From the human T2T-CHM13v2.0 reference genome, Homo sapiens: a stretch of DNA of 64,000 bases. The DNA lies in the NCBI RefSeq assembly GCF_009914755.1, contig NC_060928.1. The stretch is one strand, 5' to 3'. Positions within the stretch are counted from its first letter, which is position 1. Every line of letters begins with the position of its first letter. The translations under genes and the position numbers were made by a program. The notes under the pieces were generated by a model. That model was not told the origin of the DNA, did not search any database, and worked only from the letters and a program-made list of their open reading frames with translations. Below are positions 1 through 13,217 of this stretch, in pieces.

Positions 1-329
1 TAAATACAGCCCTTTCAGTGCTATTTAAAATATTGTCATCCTTTGCCTTACCCTTCATCTCTCAACTCTGTCCAATGGGGTCCCTTAAGGATGGGGAGCA
101 AATTACCCTGCTAAGTGTTATATTGAAGTGTTTACTGAACACATTAGAAAATGTTTAGGTAGGCCTGTAAGTGCTTGCTTATATAAGTTCAGTCACCAGG
201 AATAATTTCACTGTCACTGCCGTTTCATTCTTCTAATTTCAGTTCATTTTTTTCGTGCCTCCCTGGTGAAATAATTAGAAAGGTTACAAAGCAAGTTGGA
301 GATATAAATCAAATGTATAGTGGGGTGCT

Positions 330-900
330 ATCACCCACTCCTTTGTAATCTGTCTTTTCTTATCACACATTCCTGGAGATTGTTCTCTCACAAATTATCA
401 ATAACTCTATGTCAATCACCTTTGCTCAGATTTCCTTCTGAAGAACTTCTTTCCTTACCAAGTGACATGGTTCAACCCCTTCAGACTCTCCATCTTAGCC
501 CCACGGCATCATGCAGACCAAGTTTTCCCCCATTGACTCTGATTCTCTGAGTCTTTATTCTTTCCTGCCATTCTCTTCTTGCCTAAACACAGGCATTGTC
601 AAATCTTTTGCCTTTGGGCAATATTTCTTTTCTGTTTTCCCTTCCACTGGAAGCTCTTCCACTGTGATCAAACTCTCATCTTTATGTAGATGACCCCAAA
701 TATTCATGTTTCCCAAAATCTCCACTGACCAACAATTCTCTTTCAACCACCTGCTTAACAAATTCATCAGTCTGTTCTATTGACATTTTAAAATGTAGTT
801 CATCATCTTCAAGCCAACTGCTTGCTCCCCTTTCCTTCTTTCTTTTACTAGTTCTGCTATTTTCCCTGTCATCTGAAGTTGAATGGTTACTTTTGAACTG
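330..900 (+). mobile_element. L2 LINE ORF2 (reverse transcriptase) fossil
   Basis: Degenerate RT motifs in L2 order: LNTGIVKSFAFGQYFFS (cf. GVPQGSVLGPLLFS), then after a frameshift cat ctt tat gta gat gac = HLYVDD at 677-694 (cf. HLYADD). Boundaries approximate. Confidence 0.65.
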
Positions 901-3006
901 TCTTTGATTCTTGTGTATTTCCACACTAGCCTTAACCAATTAAAACCATGCTGTAAGGAATATTCTGCGATATACATTCGTTTCTATTTAAATATATGGT
1001 CAATATATTTTTAAAATATATTTTAGTGGTTGTATAGTGTTCTAGTATGGCACTTCCTTTAATCTCTTGTTGGTATATATTACATGGTTTCCAGACATTT
1101 TTTAATTAAAAGCAATGCTACAATTAGGTCATCATTGATATATGTATTTGAAATTGCTGCATCTAAAGCTATTAAGAGTTAAATTGTGAGCATACTCTCA
1201 AATTAAGCCTCAAAATGTACAAATTTGCTCTTGTTCCAACAGTGCATTTGTTATATATACATTCTCTGGTAATTTAAAATATCATTTTGTGTCCCAACAT
1301 ATATGATGATTTTTTAATTGTTTTGGACTTGCGGTATATTTCCATTGATCTTTACTAAGATTTTCACCAGTGCCATACAATCTTATTTACTGAATTTTAT
1401 AGCATTTTGATATCCACTTAGGCATATCCCCTCCTATTAGTCTTTCTTTCCAAAAGCTTCATGGCTATTCTCACACTTCTATTCTCCCAATAAAAGTTGG
1501 GCATTTCTAAGACTGTATAAGTTCTCCTGCACTTACAACTACCAATTAATATTTGTATTTACCTGTATTAAATTTACATATTTTGGACATCATTACAAAA
1601 TGAAATCTCTCCATTTGGAAACAAGATATTTATCTCTCCAATTATTTTACTTGTTTTAACATCCCTGAATAATATGTATAATTTTCTTCATTTCGGCCTT
1701 GGACACTTAACAGAATCCTCTCTAGCAACATAGTTGTTTACACATATGCCATTTTTATTATATTTTCTAACTGGGTATTAGTAGCCAGCTTTTGATATTG
1801 CCTGTTTAATTTTAGATTAAAGATTGGTTGTGTGGATCTACCACTCAACCAAAGTGTACTATTTATTCATTAATTCATTTAGGCTTCCATATTTTGCATT
1901 ATAAGATTTCTGTGTTATTTTAGTTTGAGATACAATGCTTTTCAAACCATAAGCACAACAGAAACAATTTTCACTTCGAAAGAAACACATCTTCAGCCAA
2001 ATCATTTACCCGAGGCCTTTTCTCGCACCTGGTACTCAATTGACCCTCCTGTATCTGTGCACTCCATCCACCTGAAAGGCCTTTCCTTCACTTTTTCATT
2101 TCAGTCTGCCAACAATCTGTCCATCCTTCAATTTCTATCTCTTCCAAAACTACTTTTCTGATAATCTTAACATCATTTTAGTTTTTCCTCCACAGAAACC
2201 TCCTCCTACATTGACAGCTCCAATAGCATTTTTTTGTGTGTGTGCAAATCATTTGATGTGAACTGTTAAGACTGTATATGAATTGGAAGTGGGAACTATC
2301 ATTTTGTCATCTTTATATCTTCTGCAGCATGTAGTGCTGCTTCTTCATATGTTGTTGAAGAGCTCAATATATATGCTTTTATTCAATCGAATATATCAAG
2401 TCTGGAGCCTAGAATCTTAGCTAAGGGGTTTCATTTTCTATTCATTGCATTGCTCTGTATTAATAATGGATGGACTAAAGTTTGGTGGGCCATCCGTCAC
2501 TGATGGGGTCAACAGAACATGGGGGAATTGGCTTCTTATGTGCTTATAAAACATGCTATTTCATTTCTTCCTGACGAATAGTACTGCCACTTTGCCCTAA
2601 ACATGCACCATCCCACAGCCCCACAGAAACAACAGAATTCTGAAAAAAACCGTAACTGATCTATAGAACTGGAGTTGTAATTTCTTTCTTTTCTGGCTGT
2701 TAGAATGTCCTACTTTGGGAAAAAAAGTGTTCATTTTATTTTTATAATTTAATTTTATATTTTATAGGTACATAATGTTACTTTATATTACAGTTTTAAC
2801 TAGCATGTACCTTTAAGTTCAATTATGAAACTTACAAAATCCATTTATATTAAAAGCTATAACAGGGTGTCATTTTTCACAAAGGCTCCTTATTAAATGA
2901 CTTCTTTACTGAAATGACTTTTTCTTCCTCCTTAGGGATGGAGAAGCTCAGCTATTTTTTCCATTAAAGATGAGATTAACTTAAAATAAATTAAAGAGAA
3001 GTATTC

Positions 3007-3388
3007 TTTTTTATTATTATTATTATACTCTAAGTTTTAGGGTACATGTGCACAATGTGCAGGTTAGTTACATATGTATACATGTGCCATGCTGGTGTGC
3101 TGCACCCACTAACTTGTCATCTAGCATTAGGTATATCTCCCAATGCTATCCCTCCCCCCTCCCCCCGCCCCACAACAGTCCCCAGAGTGTGATGTTCCCC
3201 TTCCTGTGTCCATGTGTTCTCATTGTTCAATTCCCACCTATGAGTGAGAATATGCGGTGTTTGGTTTTTTGTTCTTGCGATAGTTTACTGAGAATGATGA
3301 TTTCCAATTTCATCCATGTCCCTACAAAGGACATGAACTCATCATTTTTTATGGTTGCATAGTATTCCATGGTGTATATGTGCCACAT
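3007..3388 (-). mobile_element. 5'-truncated young L1 3' end (L1PA2/L1PA3-like)
   Basis: T/(TTA)n tail followed by near-consensus antisense L1 3'UTR and ORF2 end; minus ORF contains HIYTMEYYATIKNDEFMSFVGTWMKLEIIILSKLSQEQKTKHRIFSLIGGN. Confidence 0.95.
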
Positions 3389-5454
3389 AAAGAACAGACA
3401 CACAAAATACTGACCTATTCCTATGTCTAATATTTGAAATCCCTCTACCTTTTGATCTGCACTTTTACTCAAAAACAGAAAGAATTTTCGATCTGAAATG
3501 ATAGGCACTTTGAAGTCCAGAAGAAACTAAATGCCTTTTACCACTCTCCATTGCAATATGTCTGCATTTATAACCACCTAAATAAAAAAAAAAAAACAGT
3601 GACACAAAACTAGTATACAAACTACTAGGCCTGGACTCAAGCAAATGCGACATGCAGTGTTATAAACCCTGGATAATGTTAAAGCCTGTGTCTTCTTAAT
3701 TAAAGAGTACAGTACCATTAGAAAAAAGTTTATCTGATATCTAAAGAGTATTTCAAACTGGTTTTATTTCTCGTAACCTTTTGTTACAAAACAGCATCTT
3801 GGCTAAGACACTGAAAAAACTAGGCATACATCTCTGTGAAGCCACACACAATGCCTATAAAGCCACAGTCTTTATGGTGTGTGAACCTCAAGTCTCAGAA
3901 AGTAGTTCCTATTATACCATAGTATTGTGGAACTTCTCTGCAAAAACCACAGCTCTCATATTAGTTGGACATTCACTGAGGTAGGCCTAGATGCTTGGGT
4001 ACCACTGAGTTTTCTGTTTGCCAATATGTCATATATATTCCAGTAATTCCCAGTTGTTGTACTGATGTAGCCTTTCTTCAGGAATTTTCATTTGATAATA
4101 GTGTGAAACATGCTAAACTAGGCACTTTGAACTAATTCATAGCCTTATGATATTCAGGAAGCTTTGATAATCCTCTTGTCCCCATGGGCAATGTCTGTTC
4201 ACTTTGTGGCTTGCTGCTTAACCAAACCCAAATGAAGTTATCAACATAAAATGCCATGAGAACATTTGTTTTATCAGAAGCCTTTCCTAACATAAGGTTA
4301 CTGTTCTTACTCATTTGTTCTTCTGTTCTATTAGATTGGCTTATTGATTTTTAAAAAACAAATTTATTTTTTGTGAACCACTTCAAGGAGGCTATTCAAA
4401 CACAGTATCTGTAACCATTTCCTTAATGGCTTATGCTACTTTTCCTTTTTCTAACAAACATTTTCTCCATCTTCCCCTCCTCTTCCTTCTTCCTTTTTGC
4501 AAAATAGAGGACAAGATTTAGGGAAGCTTTTAAAAAATACCTGATTTTGGTTTTAGAAAATTTTTATTAAGCCTCCTTTCAATGCCAGGGAGCAAGGCAT
4601 TGGTTTGTTATCTATGAAAATAATAGTTGGACCACAAGTGTGTCATTTGATTGTCAATAATAATAATAATAAATTATTGAATCTGGTTGTGATAGACATC
4701 TTGGAGAGTAGTTAATATAGAGTATGGTTAGTGCAATTTTTGAGTTTTTACAGGCTTCTAAAAGGGTAAAGAGGAAAAAAGCAAGTAGCTTGCCATTTGT
4801 TTATCAAGGACTTATGCCTTTTAATTCAAAGATAATTAATTAGACTTTGATTTAGAAATAGATTGGAACCTTAAATTATCGTTGACTATTGCTGCTCTCA
4901 GGCACATTTCAAACTATCAGCCACCTCATGCCTTGGCTCCCAAGTGAGAATAAATCACATAAAGACAACTTCAAGGATAAGAAATATTTACCATTGGCCA
5001 GGATGAGAGACTTGGGATTTGTGGGCTTAAGACCCATAGTCAGCTCAGGAAGCAGCATATCTTAGCCTAATGTTGGTAACACCTGGATTTCAGTACATCT
5101 GACTCCCACCCAAGGAGGCTGCTGAATACACAGCTTTTCTGTGACAAACTTTCTCTAAATCAGAATAACAGTGCTTATTCATCCAGAAGGGAAATTATTA
5201 AAAGTTGTCACAAGGAAAACAAACATTTCCCAAGTGTCCTAAATGAACCAGAAAGCATTCAAGATAGTTTTACTCGTTAGTCCAATTTATTAATCGTTAA
5301 TTGAGCACTTACTGTATTCAAGGTAATACGCGTACTGCTTTTAGGAGAAATAAATGAGTGGAACTGAAATGTTGCCATCAAAGGGGTCGCAGTTAAATGG
5401 GAGTCATGTTTTCTAAGCAATTACTGTGTGTGACACTGTTTTGTCTTTTGCATG

Positions 5455-5640
5455 TGTCAACTAATTTATTCTAACAATAGTCATATGACATCAGTACTAT
5501 TGCAATTCTCATTTTATAGATGAGGGAACTGAGACATAGACAGTCCAAGAAAATTGCAAAGGATATTAAAAAATTTAGATCCAGGATTCATGCCCAAGTT
5601 TATGGCTCCAGAATCCACATCACAGTCTGTTCTGTCTCTA
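5455..5640 (-). mobile_element. MIR SINE
   Basis: MIR core ctcattttatagatgagggaactgagacataga. Confidence 0.7.
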
Positions 5641-8600
5641 GAGAAAGAATTATAATGGGATGGTGTCTGTGTAGAAAACTTGAAAGGTACAGAGCAGCAC
5701 ATAAAAGAGAATAATAGATTTAAACAAATTGAGAAAGGGGGTGTGGAATAGGTATTTAGAGAAAATAAATATATGGGAAGTTCAGACAAAATTACATTCA
5801 ATTCAATAAACCCACCAGGTCTCTGTAATTTATACTAACTTTGTCGCTTTTTTTTACTGAAAAAACGATGCTCTGAAGGATTTAAGGTCACACAGCTCAT
5901 ATATAGCAGAATCAGGTTTCATATCCCAGACTTTGTGAATTCCACTCTTACATGCTTCTTCTTTTGGATTAAACCTTAACTTAATTATTACTCCCAAGAA
6001 AGGACCAATCTGAAGTAGCAAGTATAAAAGGTAACATGGGAAATAAAAAGAAGAAGAGTATTAGAAGAAGTGAGGTTGAAATTAAACAGCCATATGGAAA
6101 CAAAGGACTTTTAGGATGACTCAGAATAAGATTCAACAGCATAAAACTTAACTGTTTTCAATCAACCAACTGCAGTAACATAGAATTAGAAGAAACAAGA
6201 GATGGGAAAACTCTGACCAAGTCTTGGCATAGAAGGAACAGGAATCTCTAGTAAGTGAGGGAAAGCATATTGGTCTCTGAAGGAGGGAAGAAAATGTGCA
6301 CAGAAAAGTGAACAATGATTTCTTATCCATGGAAGGTACCCACAGATGATAAGAAGAAATGCCCACACAGGAGGCTACAGAGGGGAGAGGGCGGGGCATT
6401 AGTTACTCATTGAGTCTTACGTCAAAAGATTTATTTACTGTAATTTAGATTGTCAGCAAGAAATAGCTTGATTTAACCTTTGGGAAGGGAATGTTATATG
6501 ACAAATGTTAAAATAAATATATAAGGAAGCCACAAAATTGCTGGGAGGCATTTGCAGAGAAACTGTTAAACAGCCACAGGACAAAAATGGCATATTCAAT
6601 GTAGGCATAGAAGATAAAGAACATTGTGTTATGTCTGCTGAAATGGCACTCTAATATTTCAGACTGTCCAAAGGAAGTTTCAGATAGATTTGGGTCTACA
6701 TAGAAAAATTCAAGTGTGAAGTAGAGTTGTACAGAAAACTTTTTTTTTTCTAGTGTCTGAAATGTGGTCTCAAAGGGAGGTGTAGAGAGGAGAGTAACAA
6801 TGCCCCGTTGGTTGCAGTTAGAGGGGCAGACAAGTAAGAAGGTGATGGGTGGGGCTCTGCTCCCAGAGAACGAAAGTACAAGGGCACTGCTGAAGAAGGA
6901 AATGAGGCCAATTGAAATGTGAAATGAAATGTTTTAAAACTGCAGGGGACTACAGAGAAAAAGATAAAAATTAGCAAGAATTCTTCCCTCATGTATCATA
7001 CAAATGTTAGAAAATTTCTTATGCAGGAGGTGGAGAGAGGGAAATCCAAACAAATAGATACCTTACTCCTGAGAAGAAAACAGAAAAGTTGACTGCAAAA
7101 TAATGAAAGACTATTTTGAACATGATGTGATGCTAAAATGTTATTGAGAATGGGAACACCCAAAGGTGATGGTGGTAATACAGTCTAGATGAGAAACCAT
7201 GTCCCTTTCCCAGACCTTTGTTAGTTTCGGGTTTCAGAAAACAAAGAATGCTGTTGTGAGATAATGGCTGAGATCTGAGCTCATTGGAAGGAGAGTCGTC
7301 TCTACCATAGACTCTTCTCAGTATGCTTTAGTATGACTTGGAGCTTCTTGTATTTGATAAAGATTGGATGCTGTGCCTCCTCTGGGAATCAGATCAAAAC
7401 ACAGAGAACAGGGTCAGACCAGAGTCCTGAACTATAGCTTTCTCTATACCTGACCTTGAAGAAATGGAAAAGCAAAGATCTTTTTTTTAAAAAAATCAAA
7501 CTAGAAAGCGAAGTCATCTGAAATACTTAAGGAGTTCATACTATACCATTAGCTATTATAAGTGAAATGGGAAGGAAATTGTGTCTCTGGCTAATGAAAA
7601 TGCCTAGGCAACTAATTATGAATTAGTTTAAAAGTTTGCATAATGAGAAACACTTGATAAAAGTGAAGTTTCAGATATTATTTGATTAATGTGCATAGCC
7701 AAAAGAGTCTTGATAAATGTTACATAAACTAAGAAAAATTTTGGTTAGTTATTAAAAGTTTTGGTAATTTTATAACAACACACTGCCTTCCATTCCAAAG
7801 TAAAATATTTCCAAATCCCTAAAAGTTTCTTTGTAAAAAAAAAAGTTTACTGAGGAAAATATTTATTTGAATAAAAAATGACCCTCTCACTAAATTTGCT
7901 GTCCAAATGTATTTGGGATAAGTATACATGTGCAGATGATGTCTAGAGAATTATAGGATGAATGAAATGGACACCCTATTTGTTACTATGGATAGACTGG
8001 AAACCAATCTTCCTCAGCAGGGAGAGTAGTGGTGTTCCCCCGCTCCACACCAGCAAAGCAAATGGTAGGAGACCATTTCAGATTTCCTCTTTTCAGGCTA
8101 ATTTTCAAATAAAATTAATATAATCAGAGATCAGTAAAATTATTTATTATTTTCCAATGAAGGCTTCCTATAGGGAGTGTGTATTTAGGACCCATTATTT
8201 GTACAGAATGGTTTTCAATGCCACAATAGTTTCAATCAATAAGATACCTGTTTTGCCTCTGCAAAGTCAGTAAGACAGTCTTGAGTTTTAAAGGATTTTA
8301 CCAGCTGCTTGATCTTGGGTAAGTTATTTCACCTCTCTAATCCTCTGTTTCCTCCTCTAAGTTCCCATCATTCCAGCTGACTCTAGGTTGAACTTTTTAT
8401 TGAATTCCTTCTGCGTGTCAGGCACTGTTATCCCAGAGGACTGTTGTGAAGATTCGAGGCGCTGGCGCATAGTACGGATTCAATAGGTAGCTACTATTAC
8501 CATGGATATTGTTATAGTTAAGCAATTGAGACGAGTGTCAGAGTAATGCAGACAATAAATGGAAAGTTGAGGAAAGAAAGTTTGGCAATTGCATAATGAA

Positions 8601-9692
8601 CTATGGTTTGAATATTTAGGAATTACCTGTAAGAATCAGAAGTGGGAAAGTTAAAGTAACTGTGAAAAAGTTTCAGAAATGAGAAATCCCCAATTTCTTT
8701 CATCAATTTCTTTCATTTTATTCTGTCTTTGTCCTATCACCACCACTCTCCTGGAGGGGAGAGGAAGCAACAACAACCAAACAGCAAACAAGCTTGGACG
8801 TAAGATACTCTTAACTTTGTTTCAGATGAACATTCACTTTAGGAAAGTCGTGTTAGCCTGCACAGCTTGGCATGATAATTAAATAGAAAATGAGAAAGGC
8901 TGCAGTGGATGTCAGCTCACTCACTCATAGCCTTCCAGCCAGTCTCCACAGTCCCCACTGGGAAATCTGTCATGACCCTGTCATGCTCCCCAGATAGATG
9001 TTTGCTTAGAGAAAACCAAACATCTGATAAGGGAAGATCAGTAGAATCTGGTTTTATGTTCCCTAGGGTCAACCCAGAGTGAAATATAAGAAGTAAACAT
9101 GATTTCCTTAGGATTTCAGCTATGATCATTTAAAAATTTTCTGTTTAGCAGGATTCTAAACATACAGCCCCAAGTAACTGGCCCGTTGTTTGTCACACTT
9201 GTGTCATAGCGTGCAGGCGTGTAATGAGGCTTCACAGATGTGCTGCCAAAGATGAATGACCAGGTGGAATGTTGGGATGAACTCTTCATGCAACATAATT
9301 TGAACTGTACTATGAATTAAGAAAAGGAAATAGCAAGAAATATAGCATAACTTAAAGGTGTTACCTGATAAACTTCGAGCTTTCTCAGTATACAGATCAC
9401 TCTCTGGGCAATAAATAATGCTAAAGGACAATTAAATATATTAGGGTGAAAACTAGATGCATTTATAAACTCCAGGGGATACTGAGGTATTTTGTGGCTT
9501 TTAATCAAGTGTGTCTCCAAATATTCTATTAAGAAAATGTGTAAAAAACAGAAAAATAAGTGAGAATCTATTTGGTGGAAATTCTGATAACAGCATAGAC
9601 ATATGGTAAGACTTGAGATACAGCCAGAAATCATTCTCTCATAAAAAACAATAAGATGAACATAGCTAGTATTTTCACATCTAAAACTATCC

Positions 9693-10668
9693 TAGGTCAT
9701 CTCTCCACACTTAATTATTTCCTTTGCTGTGCAGAACCTGTTTAGTTTGATGTGATTCTGTTTGTCTATTTATGCTTATGTTGCCTGTGTTTTGGGGGTC
9801 AAATCCAAAAAAGTCATTGCCCAAATCAATGTCATGTAGTTTTCCCCTGGCAGTTTACAGTTTCTGGTTTTACATTTAAGTATTTATAATCCACTTTGAG
9901 TTGATTTTTGTATATAGTATGAGATATTTCATTCTTCTGCATGTAGCTGCATCCAGTTTTCCCAAAACCATTTATTGAAATGACTGTTCTTTTCCCATTA
10001 TGTATTCTTGGCAGCTTTGTTGAAAATCAATTGACCATACTTGCATGGGTTCACTTCTGGGCTATCTGTTCTGTTCCATTCGTTGATACCTTTCTTTTTC
10101 TTGCCAGTGCCGTGCTGTTTAATTACCACAGATTTGTAGTATAATTTGAAGTCAGGTAGTGTGATACTTTTACTTTGTTCTTTTTGTACAATATTGCCTT
10201 GGCTATTTGGGGTTCTTTGTGTTTTCATGTTAACTTTAGGATCGTTTTTTCTACTCCTATGAAAAATGACAATAATTTTGATAGGAATGGTATTGAATCT
10301 GTAAATTGCTTTGAATAGTATGGACATTTTAACAATATTAATTATTTAAACCCGTGAACGTGGGATGTCTCAATTTATTTGTCTTCCTCAGTTGTTTTTG
10401 TGAATCTTTGATAGTTTTCAGTATATAGGTCTTTCACCTTTTTGATTAAATTTATTCCTAAGTCTTTTCTTATAGCTATTGTAGTTAGGATTCTTCCCTT
10501 GATTTCTCTTTTGGATAGTTCATTGAATAAACGTATTCATTGGCTAGTTCCTTTTTGGATAGTTTATTCTATAAATACATTTGTATAGAAATGCTACAGA
10601 TTTTTGTGTGTTGATATTGTATCCTGCAACTTTACTGTATTTGTTTATTGGTTCTAACAGAGAGTCTT
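9693..10668 (-). mobile_element. L1MA-type ORF2 segment, antisense (inverted part of a composite L1)
   Basis: Minus ORF 9998-10327 (KAIYRFNTIPIKI...ITLPDFKLYYK...YGQLIFNKAAKN) is L1 ORF2; typical antisense L1 text such as tttcctttgctgtgcagaa and ttgtatcctgcaactttactg. Confidence 0.9.
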
Positions 10669-11061
10669 TACTCTAAAGACCTTATTATTGAAACTGCAAA
10701 CATGTAATATACTAACACCTGAGCCCTCTTAATTACACTCATTGCCACCTCACTAAAAGCTGTCCACAGTACTAGAATTATTGTCTTTGCATTCTTAGGA
10801 CAACCTAGCTTCACAATCCTATTCATCATCAATGAAAATCATCCCCCTTCTAATCAACTCAATTAAATGTTTAGCAGTCAGTAGTATTCCTGCCCGATCT
10901 CTTATCTCCAGCAACATTACTGTCATATCTATTCCCCAGATATGCCCTTATACCTAAAATTCACAGCTCTTGTCATAACTCATCTAGAATTTACAGAGGC
11001 AATAGAACTTAACCTTATAACAAATAATCTCAAATTTGAGTCCCCCTCACGTGCACATAAA
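10669..11061 (+). pseudogene. Nuclear mitochondrial insertion (NUMT): MT-ND5 fragment, about codons 390-521
   Basis: Mitochondrial-code translation from 10669: [66 protein letters not shown]...; after a ~4-nt deletion near 10940: MPLYLKFTALVMT...ELNLMTNNLKFESPS. TGA sits at the conserved Trp; a stop and a frameshift show decay. Confidence 0.93.
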
Positions 11062-11145
11062 GTAGGATTGCCAGCAATGGACTGATAATTACAAACTTCC
11101 ACTGTGACAAATAATTCTGTGTTTTGTTTGTTGTAAGGTAACAGA
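11059..11145 (+). repeat. Dispersed direct repeat, copy 1 (matches 12737-12829)
   Basis: aaagtaggattgccagcaatggactgataattacaaacttccactgtgacaaataattc...gtttgttgtaaggtaacaga; 4 mismatches to copy 2 over the first 59 nt. Confidence 0.92.
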
Positions 11146-11541
11146 AATAAGCCAAGCACCAAAAGACAAATACTGCATGTTCTCACATGTGGAGAGAGTA
11201 GAATAGTGGTTATGCAGGATGTGGGTTGGGGAAAAGGGCAGCTGATGGTCACATGATGATCACAAGGTACAAAATCTCAGACAGGAGGAATCTGTGGTGG
11301 TTTTTTTTTTAGCTCTATTACCCAACGTGGTAAATATAGTTAATAATAGAGTATTGTACATTCCAAATTTTCTAAGAGACTAAATTTCAAATGCTCTCAC
11401 CACAACCAATGTCAAGTATTTGAGGTGATGGATATGTTAACTAGTTTAATTTAATTATTCCACATTGTATTAATAATTCATAATACCACTTTGTGCCTTA
11501 TAAATTTACATAATTATATATTATCTATTTATAATTAAAAA
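11144..11541 (+). mobile_element. L1MA-type 3' end (ORF2 terminus, 3'UTR, short A tail), sense
   Basis: gaaataagccaagcaccaaaagacaaatactgcatgttctcac ... atgctctcaccacaa ... tgaggtgatggatatgttaactag ... aattaaaaa. Confidence 0.88.
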
Positions 11542-12736
11542 CTACAGCCATCATAGATTTTTACTTTATTTATACAAATAACATTCAAAAAAACTTAGAG
11601 TAGATTTTATGATCTTTATTTTACAGAATAGGAAACTTCAGCTTATATTAAGTAAGTTGCTCAAAGCCATACAGTCAATATGTTGCATAGTTGAAATGTA
11701 AACATGACTGAGTCCAGAGCTTTCTTCCTGAGCCTCTAAATTCTACTGCCTTAGTCACTAAACTTTCCTGCCTGAAGTATTTTTATAGGAATAGAAGATC
11801 AGTAAATAAACTATTTTATGATGTGGAAATTCCAGGAAATGCTAAATTTTCCTCTAATGGTGGAAAATAGTCATTTTGCATTACTTTCATAAGTTTTTGA
11901 GTTCCCTGGCTCTTTTTCACATTATGAAAAAATCCCCAGAGTCACATATAATATAACTCATTTCGGGGTTGTTAATGTTATGAAATGTTGAGTTTTATAA
12001 ATGGAAACAAAAGTAATATTATCTTTTGCATATAAAACATTTCTACATAGTCTATGAAATAGAAAAGACAATCATATTATAGTTGGTCCTTTTTTTAAAT
12101 GGCAAAATTGAGTGAGAGGGCTCATTGACTTCCCTAATCCTAACTAGCTACTGAATTTCAGACCAATGCTCTGTTAAAAAGTGATATTCCAATTATTATT
12201 AATCATTTAACACTGAAAGGTTTTAACAACATAGCTTTTTACCTGGTATTAATTATTATTGTTGTGTTAATTGAACCCAGTACCTGGCGTAGGGTGGGTG
12301 TTCAGTAAATACTTATTGTCTCAAGGAGAAAAAGAATGTATTATTAAATGAATTTAAATAATAAATATTCCTATTTAGAAATATTTAAATACTTTCTCTG
12401 CTTCTTTTCCATGTAATAATCTTGTTTTATGTCAAAAAACCTAACTGAGTGGAGACAATTGAACTGAAACAACTATTTGTTTATTCTTCTATTCTTCAGT
12501 TATGGAGGGCAGCATTTAGCTATTAGCCGCTTTCACTCCTTTTACTTTAATCATTTCCCTCTCAAAATCATAAACATGTTTGTAAACAACCTGCCTAAAT
12601 ACTATAAAATTTCTGCCACATTGGATAAAAAGCAGAGAGAGGAGTTGTAATGTTCATAATACCTCCTACCTTTTCATCAGTTTAATCACTAGAGCAGTGC
12701 AAGTTTATCTCATGTCATCACTAGCTTCTTAGATTG

Positions 12737-12829
12737 AAAGTAAGATTGCCAGCAATGGACTGATAATAACAACCTTCCACTGTGCCAAATAATTCCATGG
12801 TCTCCAATAGTTTGTTGTGCAGTAACAGA
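12737..12829 (+). repeat. Dispersed direct repeat, copy 2 (putative donor of 11059-11145)
   Basis: aaagtaagattgccagcaatggactgataataacaaccttccactgtgccaaataattc...gtttgttgtgcagtaacaga. Confidence 0.92.
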
Positions 12830-12899
12830 TTTTTGCCAGTAATGTTATATGGCCCTAAATCTAATACATTTTAAACTGTAGCTCTTGTGTTATGTCTTA

Positions 12900-13217
<318 letters not shown>

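Noticed and set aside
555-977. Protein-like minus-strand ORFs (70-85 aa)
   Set aside because: They are the purine-rich antisense of a + strand L2 fossil; no splice or homology support.
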